Below, piece by piece: positions 1 through 10,140 of a DNA stretch of 64,000 nucleotides. The DNA is from Actinomycetota bacterium (GTDB taxonomy: Bacteria; Actinomycetota; Acidimicrobiia; Acidimicrobiales; Ilumatobacteraceae). The first letter of the stretch is position 1, and the number at the start of each line of letters is the position of its first letter. The stretch is taken from NCBI GenBank assembly GCA_963169215.1, contig CAUJEE010000124.1, forward strand, positions 523-64,522, written 5' to 3'. The notes under the pieces are model-generated. The model saw only the letters and a program-made list of their open reading frames with translations, was not told where the DNA came from and searched no databases. The translations under genes and the position numbers were made by a program.

Positions 1-2
1 TG

Positions 3-2486
3 GCCCCGATAGGTATCGCCACCGGCAAGCACTTCGCCGTCACCACCACCGAAGGCACGCCCGACGAGGGCACACTCGCCACCCTTGCCCGCAGTTTGTT
101 GTCGAACTCGGTGATCGAACGGTGGGCGCCCACACCGATCGCGCCCTCCTTCGTCGACACGCAGGCCACCGCCGAGAGCAGCGTCGACCACGTCGCCATC
201 GTCGGCCTCGACGACGAAGCCTTGCAGGCGCTCAACCGCGAGCGCGGCCTGTCACTCGATCTCGCCGAACTGCACACAGTGGCCGCGTTCTACCGCACCG
301 CCGGGCGCGAGCCCACCGACGTCGAGTTGGAGACACTCGCCCAGACCTGGAGCGAGCACTGCGCGCACAAGACCTTCCGCGCGCGCATCGTCACCACCGA
401 TGGAACCGAGATCGCACCTCTGCTGCAGCAGTTGCGCGATTGCACGACCGAGATCGCGGCGCCGTTCGTGCGTAGCGCGTTCGTCGGCAATGCCGGCATC
501 GTCAGCAACACACCAGGAGTGACGCTGGCGATCAAGGCCGAGACGCACAACCACCCCTCCGCGATCGAGCCCTTCGGCGGTGCCAACACCGGGGTCGGCG
601 GTGTGATCCGCGCCGTGATGGGCACGGCCCACGACCCGATCGCGGTGACCGACATCCTGTGCTTCGGCCCCACCGACCTACCCGCCGACGAGCTGCCCGC
701 CGGCGTGCTGCATCCACGCCTGATCGAGTCGGGGGTGATCGCCGGCATCGCCGACTACGGCAACAAGATCGGGCTGCCGACGGTGGCCGGGGCGGTGCTG
801 TACGACCCGGGCTACACCGCCAATCCGCTGGTGTACGCCGGCTGTCTGGGCGTGGCCGACGACGCGCCCGCGCTGCCCGGCCCGCAGCCCGGCGACCTGG
901 TGGTGGTGATCGGCGGACGTACCGGGCGCGACGGCCTGCGCGGTGCCACCTTCTCTAGTGCGACGATGGATGCCACCACCGGCGACGTCGCCGGCGCGAG
1001 CGTGCAGATCGGCGACCCGATCGTCGAGAAGCTGGTGATCGACGCGATGCGCGAGTGCCTCGGGCTGTACCACGCAGTGACCGACTGCGGCGCGGGCGGG
1101 CTGTCGAGCGCGGTCGGCGAGATGGCCGAAGGTGTCGGCGCGGAGGTCGATGTAGCCCTCGCGCCGCTCAAGTACCCAGGTCTGCGGCCGTGGGAGGTGT
1201 GGCTCAGCGAGGCCCAAGAGCGGATGGTGTTCGCCGTGCCACCCGCGAACTGGGCGGCGATGCAGGCGATGTGCGCCCGCCACGGGGTGGAGGCGGTGAG
1301 CCTCGGCACCTTCACCGGCGACGGCGTGCTGCGTGTGCGCGCCGGCGCGCTGGAGGTGCTCGAACTCGACACACACTTCCTCCACGACGGCCGCCCGCAG
1401 CGGGTGATGACCGCCGAGATGCCCGCGCCATACCGCGGCGACCCTGCCCTGCCCGAGTGCGCCGATCTGGCGGCAACCCTGCTGGCGTTGCTCGCGCACC
1501 CCGACATCCGCTCCAAGGAAGCCGTCATCCGCCGCTACGACCACGAGATCCGCGGCGCCACCGTCGTGCGCCCGCTCGTCGGCGAACACCACGACGGGCA
1601 CGCCGACGGCGTGGTGCTCGCCCGCCCCACCGACACCAATGGTGTGGCGCTCGGCATCGGCGTGAATCCGTGGTACGGAGTCACCGACCCCGAGCGCATG
1701 GCCCACGCGGTGATCGACGAGGCAATCCGCAACGTCGTCGCCGTCGGCGCCGACCCCGATCTGGTGTCGCTGCTCGACAACTTCAGCTGGGGCGACCCGC
1801 GCCGAGCCAGCACCCTCGGCGCGCTGGTGGCCGCGGTCGAGGGCTGCTGTGCCGCGGCCCGCGCTCACAGCGCCCCGTTCGTCAGCGGCAAGGACAGCCT
1901 CAACAACGAGTACCTGGGCCGCGACGGGCAGCGCCACGCGGTGCCACCCACGCTGGTGATCACCGCCCTCGCCCACGTGCCCGACGCCGGGCGGACGATC
2001 ACCCCCGACCTGAAGGCGGCCGGCAACGTGTTGTTGCTCGTCGGCGCCACCGCCCCCGAGTTCGCCGGCAGCCACTTCGCGCTGATCGCCGCCACACCAG
2101 CGCCGGCGGTGGTGCCCGCGCCCGATTCGCAGGCACCGGCCCGCTACCGCCGCCTCCACGCGGCGATGAACCGCGACCTGGTGCGCTCGTGCCACGACCT
2201 CAGCGAAGGCGGACTGGCAGTGGCACTGGCGGAGATGGCCATCGCCGGCGACCTGGGGGCGACGATCACCCACCTGCCTCATCCGCACCTGACCACGGCA
2301 TGGTTCGCCGAGTCGACCGGGCGCTTGCTGGTGGAGGTCGACCCAGCCGACGTGGATGCTTTCGTGACCGCGATGGACGGCGACGCGTTCGTGCTCGGCA
2401 CGGTGCAGGCCGTAGCGACACTGGTGATCGACGGCGTGGAGATTGCGCTCGCCGATCTGCGCCAGGCGTGGAAGGGCGCCCGATGA
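3..2486 (+). CDS. purL: FGAM synthetase subunit PurL with an in-frame N-terminal PurS-like segment (5' end lies outside the window)
   Basis: The frame is open from base 3. GKHFAVTTTEG...LARSLLSNSVIERW resembles a PurS C-terminus. It runs without a stop into PurL motifs TWSEHCAHKTF, GGVIRAVMG and DCGAGGLSSAVGEMA. Stop is TGA 2484-2486. Confidence 0.9.
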   Translation, partial: APIGIATGKHFAVTTTEGTPDEGTLATLARSLLSNSVIERWAPTPIAPSFVDTQATAESSVDHVAIVGLDDEALQALNRERGLSLDLAELHTVAAFYRTAGREPTDVELETLAQTWSEHCAHKTFRARIVTTDGTEIAPLLQQLRDCTTEIAAPFVRSAFVGNAGIVSNTPGVTLAIKAETHNHPSAIEPFGGANTGVGGVIRAVMGTAHDPIAVTDILCFGPTDLPADELPAGVLHPRLIESGVIAGIADYGNKIGLPTVAGAVLYDPGYTANPLVYAGCLGVADDAPALPGPQPGDLVVVIGGRTGRDGLRGATFSSATMDATTGDVAGASVQIGDPIVEKLVIDAMRECLGLYHAVTDCGAGGLSSAVGEMAEGVGAEVDVALAPLKYPGLRPWEVWLSEAQERMVFAVPPANWAAMQAMCARHGVEAVSLGTFTGDGVLRVRAGALEVLELDTHFLHDGRPQRVMTAEMPAPYRGDPALPECADLAATLLALLAHPDIRSKEAVIRRYDHEIRGATVVRPLVGEHHDGHADGVVLARPTDTNGVALGIGVNPWYGVTDPERMAHAVIDEAIRNVVAVGADPDLVSLLDNFSWGDPRRASTLGALVAAVEGCCAAARAHSAPFVSGKDSLNNEYLGRDGQRHAVPPTLVITALAHVPDAGRTITPDLKAAGNVLLLVGATAPEFAGSHFALIAATPAPAVVPAPDSQAPARYRRLHAAMNRDLVRSCHDLSEGGLAVALAEMAIAGDLGATITHLPHPHLTTAWFAESTGRLLVEVDPADVDAFVTAMDGDAFVLGTVQAVATLVIDGVEIALADLRQAWKGAR

Positions 2487-3196
2487 GCACCCCGCCGGCG
2501 ATCGTGCTCGCCGCTCCCGGCACCAACCGCGACCACGACGTCGCCCACGCGCTCGAACTGGCCGGCGCCGCGCCACGCATCGTGCTGCTCGCCGAGTTGC
2601 TGGCCGACCCAGGGCTGTTGCGCGACGCGCAACTGCTGGTGCTGGCCGGGGGCTTCAGCTACGCCGACGCGCTCGGTGCCGGGCGGATGTGGTCGCTGCG
2701 CCTCGCCCACGGGGCCGGCGACGAACTGAACGCCTTCGTCGCCGCGGGCAAGCCGGTGATCGGCATCTGCAACGGCTTCCAGGCACTGACGAGCATGGGC
2801 ATCCTGCCCGGCGCGCTGGCCCACAACGCGAGCGGGCACTTCCAGTGCGAGTGGGTGAAATTGGCGGTGCCTGCCAGCAGGTGTGTGTGGACCGCCGACA
2901 TCGACCCGATCGAGTGCCCCATCGCCCACGGCGAGGGTCGGTACGTGCACCCCGATCCGGCCGCGTTGGCCGCGGCCGGACTGGTGGCCCTCACCTATGC
3001 CGACCACAACCCCAACGGATCGGTGGCGGAGATCGCCGGGGTGTGCGACGCAAGTGGGGTGGTGCTCGGGCTGATGCCACACCCGGAGAACCACGTCATC
3101 GCCCGCCAGCACCCACGTCACGGGCGCGGCACCCACCGCGGCCTCGGTCTGGCCTTGTTCGAACAGGGCGTGCGCCACGCCCGGCAGGTGGGATGA
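2483..3196 (+). CDS. purQ: FGAM synthetase glutamine amidotransferase subunit PurQ
   Basis: ATG 2483 overlaps the purL stop (ATGA). Motifs: MSTPPAIVLAAPGTNRDHDV, nucleophile motif GICNGFQAL, and MPHPE. Confidence 0.9.
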   Translation: MSTPPAIVLAAPGTNRDHDVAHALELAGAAPRIVLLAELLADPGLLRDAQLLVLAGGFSYADALGAGRMWSLRLAHGAGDELNAFVAAGKPVIGICNGFQALTSMGILPGALAHNASGHFQCEWVKLAVPASRCVWTADIDPIECPIAHGEGRYVHPDPAALAAAGLVALTYADHNPNGSVAEIAGVCDASGVVLGLMPHPENHVIARQHPRHGRGTHRGLGLALFEQGVRHARQVG

Positions 3197-4179
3197 TGGG
3201 CACGTTGCCCCAGCGCCTACCACGCCCGCTGCCCGACCCGTTCGTCGACGTCGACCTGCCGCTCGCCGACCGACGCGACGGGAAAGTGCGCGTGAGTTAC
3301 ACACTGCCGGTCGACGAGGCACTCGGCCCGCGCCGGCTGTTCGTCACCACCGACCGGCTGAGCGCGTTCGATCGCATCATCGCCGGCGTGCCCTACAAGG
3401 GGCAGGTGCTCAACCAGTTGGCCGCGTGGTGGTTCGAGCACACCGCCGACATCGTGCCCAACCATGTGCTCGCGGTGCCCGACCCCAACCTGCTCGTCGC
3501 CCGCGCCGGCACACCGCTCCCGGTGGAGGTGGTCGTGCGCGGCCACATCACCGGAGTCACCTCCACCTCGCTGTGGCGCCAGTACGCCGACGGGGCGCGG
3601 GTGATCTACGGACACCGCTTCCCCGACGGGCTGCAGAAGAACTCGCCACTCACCGAGGCGCTGGTCACTCCCACCACCAAGGCCCACGGTGGTGCTCACG
3701 ACGAGCCGATCACCGTCGCGGAAGTGGTGCAACAGGGTTTGGTGCGCTCCGACGTGTGGGAGCAAGTGGTCGCGGCCGCGCTGGCGCTGTTCGAGCGCGG
3801 TCGGCAGATCGCCACCGCGGCCGGATTGATCCTGGCCGACACCAAGTACGAGTTCGGTATCGACGCCAGCGGCGCGGTGATGCTGATCGACGAGATGCAC
3901 ACGCCCGACTCGTCGCGCTACTGGGTGGCGACCACCTACGAAGAGCGGATCACCGCCGGCGACGAGCCGGAGAGTCTCGACAAAGAGGTTGTGCGTCGCG
4001 CCCTGCTCGACGCGGGCTACACCGGCCATGGCGATCCTCCGACGCTGCCCGTCGAGGTGTGGGCGGCGACCGCCGAGCGCTACGTGCAGGCCTACGAGAC
4101 GATCACCGCCAACCAGTTCGTGCCCGGCAGCTACCCGGTCGCACCCCGCATCACGGAGGCATTGCACCATGTTCGCTGA
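3193..4179 (+). CDS. purC: SAICAR synthetase (long form)
   Basis: ATG 3193 overlaps the purQ stop. Motifs: LFVTTDRLSAFD, GHITGVTSTSLW, LADTKYEFG. Confidence 0.9.
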   Translation: MMGTLPQRLPRPLPDPFVDVDLPLADRRDGKVRVSYTLPVDEALGPRRLFVTTDRLSAFDRIIAGVPYKGQVLNQLAAWWFEHTADIVPNHVLAVPDPNLLVARAGTPLPVEVVVRGHITGVTSTSLWRQYADGARVIYGHRFPDGLQKNSPLTEALVTPTTKAHGGAHDEPITVAEVVQQGLVRSDVWEQVVAAALALFERGRQIATAAGLILADTKYEFGIDASGAVMLIDEMHTPDSSRYWVATTYEERITAGDEPESLDKEVVRRALLDAGYTGHGDPPTLPVEVWAATAERYVQAYETITANQFVPGSYPVAPRITEALHHVR

Positions 4180-5623
4180 CGACTGCTCACCTACCGCCGG
4201 CGACGACACACCGCGGGAGGAATGCGGCGTGTTCGCCGTATCGACACCGCACGGCGAGGGAATCGCGCAGATCGCCTTCTTCGGGTTGTTCGCCTTGCAG
4301 CACCGCGGCCAGGAGGCTGCGGGCATAGCCGTCAGCGATGGCAGCCGGGTGCGCATGCACAAGGAGTCGGGGCTGGTGTCGAACGTGTTCACGCCGGTGA
4401 CGATGGCTCAGTTGAGCGGCTACCACGCCATCGGCCACACCCGCTACAGCACCACCGGCGCCAACGTGCACCGCAACATCCAACCGTTCCTGGTCGAGAC
4501 GATGCACGGCCCGCTGGCCGTGGCCCACAACGGCAACCTGGTGAACGCCGGCGCGCTGCGCGACGAACTGCTGGCCAAGGGGTTCGGCCTCACCGCCACC
4601 AGCGACACCGAGGTGCTCACGCTGATGCTCGCTGCCTCGGGCGGTCGCACCTGGGAGGATCGCCTCGAGCGCACGCTGCCCGCGTGGAAGGGCGCCTACT
4701 CGCTGGTGGTGCTCACCGGCGACAGAGTGATCGCTGTGCGCGACCCGTGGGGATTCCGCCCGCTGTCGGTGGGCCGCCTGCCCCACGGTGGCCACGCAAT
4801 TGCCTCCGAGACGTGCGCGCTGAGCACCCTCGGCTGTCGCGACATCAGCGAGGTGCAGCCCGGCGAGATTGTCACCCTGCAGGGTGGCGAGATCGAGCGC
4901 CGACAAGCACTGACGCCGGCGGTCACCGCGGCGCGATGCACGTTCGAGTTCGTCTACTTCAGCCGCCCCGACAGCGTGTGGGCCGGACGCAACGTGCACC
5001 ACGTGCGCCAACGGCTGGGCGAGCAGTTGGCGATCGAGTCGGCGGTGGATGCCGATGTGGTCATTCCCGTGCCCGACAGCAGTATCCCCGCGGCAATCGG
5101 CTACAGCCGCCAGAGCGGTATCCCGCACAACGACGGGCTGATCAAGAACCGCTACATCGGCCGCACCTTCATCGAGCCGACACAAGACCTGCGCGACCGC
5201 GGCGTGGCGCTGAAGTTCAACGCGCTCGCGGAGAACCTGGCCGGCAAGCGGGTAGTGATGATCGACGACTCGTTGGTGCGCGGCACCACCGCGGGGCCGC
5301 TGGTGCGGCTGGTGCGCGAAGCAGGGGCCACCGAAGTGCACCTGCGCATCACCTGCCCGCCGATCACCCACCCGTGTCACTTCGGGGTCGACATGGGTCA
5401 CGACGGCGACCTGATGGCCGCCCGCCTGCAACTGGACGAGATCCGCGAGGTGATCGGTGCCGACTCGCTGGCCTTCTTGTCGCTGGAGGGCATGCACCGC
5501 GCGATCGAGCCGGAAGGCGATGGCTCGGGCGAGGGCTATTGCAGCGCCTGCTTCACCGGCAGTTACCCGATGGCGGTCAGCGAGGCGCCGCCCAAGCTGA
5601 GCTTCGAGGGCGCATTGCCGTGA
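4169..5623 (+). CDS. purF: Amidophosphoribosyltransferase
   Basis: ATG 4169 overlaps purC by 11 nt. A short propeptide precedes the Ntn nucleophile CGVFAV. PRTase motif VVMIDDSLVRGTT and C-terminal cysteines CSACFTG are present. Confidence 0.9.
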   Translation: MFADDCSPTAGDDTPREECGVFAVSTPHGEGIAQIAFFGLFALQHRGQEAAGIAVSDGSRVRMHKESGLVSNVFTPVTMAQLSGYHAIGHTRYSTTGANVHRNIQPFLVETMHGPLAVAHNGNLVNAGALRDELLAKGFGLTATSDTEVLTLMLAASGGRTWEDRLERTLPAWKGAYSLVVLTGDRVIAVRDPWGFRPLSVGRLPHGGHAIASETCALSTLGCRDISEVQPGEIVTLQGGEIERRQALTPAVTAARCTFEFVYFSRPDSVWAGRNVHHVRQRLGEQLAIESAVDADVVIPVPDSSIPAAIGYSRQSGIPHNDGLIKNRYIGRTFIEPTQDLRDRGVALKFNALAENLAGKRVVMIDDSLVRGTTAGPLVRLVREAGATEVHLRITCPPITHPCHFGVDMGHDGDLMAARLQLDEIREVIGADSLAFLSLEGMHRAIEPEGDGSGEGYCSACFTGSYPMAVSEAPPKLSFEGALP

Positions 5624-7797
5624 GGGTGATCGTCATCGGTTCCGGCGGTCGCGAAGCCGCGATCGCGTGGGCTTGTCGACGGCGCGGCCACCACGTCGAC
5701 GTGCTCGCCGACCTGCCCGCCCAACCGCAGGCCGATCTGGTGATCGTCGGCCCCGAGGCCGCACTGGTGGCCGGGGTGGCCGACCGCTGCGCAGCGATGC
5801 ACCTGCCGTGCTTCGGCCCCACTTCTGCCGTTGCTCGCCTGGAGAGCAGCAAGGGATTCACCCGCACGCTGGCCGCCACCCTCGGCCTGCCGTCGCCGGC
5901 GTTCCACCTGTCGTCGTCGGCCGAGGAAGCGATCCAGTGGTGGCGGAGCCTCGGGCGGCCGGTGGTGGTCAAGCTCGACGGACTGGCCGCGGGCAAGGGC
6001 GTGATCGTGCCCGACGACGACGAGCAAACGGTCAGCGCCATCCGTGAACTGGCCGCGCAGGGGCCGATCGTGGTGGAAGAACGGCTGAACGGCCCGGAGT
6101 GCAGCCTGATGGCGATGTGCGACGGCAAGGTCGCCCGCCCGTTGCCGATCGCCCAAGACCACAAGCGCATCGGTGAGGCCGACAGCGGCCCGAACACCGG
6201 CGGTATGGGTGCCTACGCCCCTGCGCCGGTGCCGTACGACGCTGACGAACTCACCGCCACTTTCATCCAGCCGGTGATCGACCATCTGCTCGCGGCGGGC
6301 GCCCCCTACGTGGGTGTGCTCTACGCCGGCCTGATGCTCACCGCCGACGGCCCTCGCCTGTTGGAATTCAACTGCCGCTTCGGCGACCCGGAGGCGCAAG
6401 CGGTACTGCCGCTGCTCGCCGACGATCTGGCCGAGTTGGCCCTCGCCTGCTGCGCGGGCGCGCTCGGCGAGCGGCGTATCGAAGCCCACGGCGCGGCGTG
6501 CACGGTGGTGGCCGCCGCCCCTGGGTACCCCGGCGCGCCACAAACCGGCGGGCGCATCGAGGGCGACCTGTCCGACTGGCCCGACGCGCTGGTGTTCCCG
6601 GCCGGCACCGACGGCACGGCGGTCACCGGTGGGCGCGTGCTGGCCGTCACCGGTCTGGGTAACGACATCGCCAGCGCGCGGGCGCATGCCTACCAGCGGA
6701 TGGGCGCCATCTCCTTCGACGGTATGCAGGTGCGCCGCGACATCGGCTGGCGAGCGGTAGGTGCCGAACTGCGCTCCTACGCCGCAGCCGGGGTCGACAT
6801 CGACGAGGGCAACCGCGCCGTGGCGCAGATGAAGGAGGCCGTCGAACGCACCCACGGGTCGGCGGTGCTGCGCGGTGTCGGCAGCTTCGGCGGGGTGATC
6901 AGCCTCGCCGGGCTGGCGACGATGGACGAGCCGCTGCTGGTCGCGTCGACCGACGGGGTGGGCACCAAGGTCGAACTGGCGGCGCGCCTCGGCAACTACC
7001 GCGGCGTGGGTGCCGACATCGTCAACCACTGCATCGACGATGTGCTCGTGCAAGGGGCGCGGCCGCTGTTCTTCCTCGACTACATCGCCGCCAGCCGGCT
7101 CGACGCCGATCAGGTGGCCGAGGTGGTGATCGGGGCGGCAGCCGCCTGCGAGGCCGCAGGGTGCGCACTGCTCGGCGGGGAGACGGCGGAGATGCCGGGC
7201 GTGTACCACGAAGGGGCGTTCGACATCGCCGGCACGATGGTGGGCGTCGTCGATCGCGCCCGTCTCTTGCCCCGCGACGACGTCGCCGCCGGTGATCTGC
7301 TGGTTGGGGTGGCCTCGAACGGGCCGCACACCAACGGCTACTCACTGCTGCGCAAGCTGTTCGCCTGGCTGCCGATGGACTCGGTGCCGCCCGGCTTCGA
7401 CTGCACGCTCGGGACGGCGCTGCTGCGCCCGCACCGCAGCTATCTGCCCGTGCTCGGCGAGGTGATCGACTCGGGCACGGTGAAGGCGCTGGCGCACATC
7501 ACCGGCGGCGGCCTGCCGGAAAACCTGCCCCGCATTCTGCCCGACGGCATCGACGCCCAGGTGCGCCTCCGTTCGTGGCCGGTGCCGCCGCTGTTCGGCC
7601 TCGTGCGTGAGGTGGCCGCGCTCGACACCCACGAGCTGTATCGCACGCTCAACATGGGCATCGGCATGGTGGTGGTGTGCTCCCCCGCCGACGTCGACCG
7701 CGTGCAGACGCTGATCCCCGAGCCGACCTGGGTGATCGGCGAGCTGGTGGCAGCCCCCGCCCACGCCGCCTCCGGTCAGGTCCACCTCCTCCCCTGA
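5620..7797 (+). CDS. purD-purM: Fused phosphoribosylamine-glycine ligase (PurD) and AIR synthetase (PurM), one 725-codon frame
   Basis: GTG 5620 overlaps the purF stop (GTGA). The PurD part runs VIVIGSGGREAAIAW ... GDPEAQAVLPLL ... VRRDIGWRA. It continues without a stop into PurM (SYAAAGVDIDEGN, STDGVGTKV, GGETAEMPGVY, HITGGGL). Confidence 0.85.
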   Translation: MRVIVIGSGGREAAIAWACRRRGHHVDVLADLPAQPQADLVIVGPEAALVAGVADRCAAMHLPCFGPTSAVARLESSKGFTRTLAATLGLPSPAFHLSSSAEEAIQWWRSLGRPVVVKLDGLAAGKGVIVPDDDEQTVSAIRELAAQGPIVVEERLNGPECSLMAMCDGKVARPLPIAQDHKRIGEADSGPNTGGMGAYAPAPVPYDADELTATFIQPVIDHLLAAGAPYVGVLYAGLMLTADGPRLLEFNCRFGDPEAQAVLPLLADDLAELALACCAGALGERRIEAHGAACTVVAAAPGYPGAPQTGGRIEGDLSDWPDALVFPAGTDGTAVTGGRVLAVTGLGNDIASARAHAYQRMGAISFDGMQVRRDIGWRAVGAELRSYAAAGVDIDEGNRAVAQMKEAVERTHGSAVLRGVGSFGGVISLAGLATMDEPLLVASTDGVGTKVELAARLGNYRGVGADIVNHCIDDVLVQGARPLFFLDYIAASRLDADQVAEVVIGAAAACEAAGCALLGGETAEMPGVYHEGAFDIAGTMVGVVDRARLLPRDDVAAGDLLVGVASNGPHTNGYSLLRKLFAWLPMDSVPPGFDCTLGTALLRPHRSYLPVLGEVIDSGTVKALAHITGGGLPENLPRILPDGIDAQVRLRSWPVPPLFGLVREVAALDTHELYRTLNMGIGMVVVCSPADVDRVQTLIPEPTWVIGELVAAPAHAASGQVHLLP

Positions 7798-7975
7798 CAG
7801 CCGCCCCCGCACAATGCCCGGGCCATCGGACCCGTCTGTGTCATGGCTGTGCCACGAGGGCCCGTGGTAGCGAGATGACACAGAGGCCGGAATGGGGCGG
7901 CCGAGGGGTGGGCGCGACTGACTTTTCGTCTACCCGTGCCGCGGGAAATGGGGCGGCCGCGTCTAGCGTCGAGTC

Positions 7976-8607
7976 ATGGAGTCGCGTTGTCGTCTGGTCG
8001 TGTTGGCATCGGGCAACGGCTCGAACGCCCAGGCGGTGATCGATGCCTGCAACACGGGCACACTGCCCGCCACCGTGGTGGCAGTGGTGAGCGACAAGGC
8101 CGATGCTCGCGCCCTCGCCCGCGCGGATGCAGCCGGCCTACCGGCGGTGCACGTCGGAAAGCGACCCGACGAGACGCGTGCCGACTACGACGCCCGCCTG
8201 GCCGACATCGTGAGCGGCTTCGACCCCGACTTCGTCGTGCTCGCCGGGTGGATGCGCATCCTCACCCTCAGCTTCCTCGGTTGGTTCCCGGGCATGGTGA
8301 TCAACCTGCACCCTGCACTCCCGGGCGAGTTCCCCGGCACGCTCGCCATCGAGCGCGCCTTTCGCGAGGCTCGCGAGGGCAGCCGGGACAGCACCGGAGT
8401 GATGGTGCACCTGGTGCCCGACGAAGGTGTCGACAGCGGGCCCGTGCTCGCGACGGCGAGAGTCGACATACTCCCCACCGACACACTCGACACCCTGTGC
8501 GAACGCATGCACGCGACCGAACACCACCTGCTGGTCGACACCCTCCACCGCCTGTGCGCAGAACGTCTCACCGAACGAACCTCGTCACCCCGAAATGGAG
8601 CCAAGGT

Positions 8608-8611
<4 letters not shown>
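7976..8611 (+). CDS. purN: GAR formyltransferase
   Basis: Motifs: [19 protein letters not shown] and [13 protein letters not shown]. The stop overlaps the guaB ATG. Confidence 0.9.
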
Positions 8612-10107
<1,496 letters not shown>

Positions 10108-10140
10108 GTGCGCTCGCGGGGCCGGCAGGCCCACGGCCCG

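Noticed and set aside
7798-7975. A ZTP (pfl) or purine riboswitch in front of purN-guaB.
   Set aside because: Hairpins and repeats are present and are reported as a finding. However, I could not match the conserved ZTP pseudoknot (CCGCCUGGGC-type) or the purine-riboswitch junction sequences.
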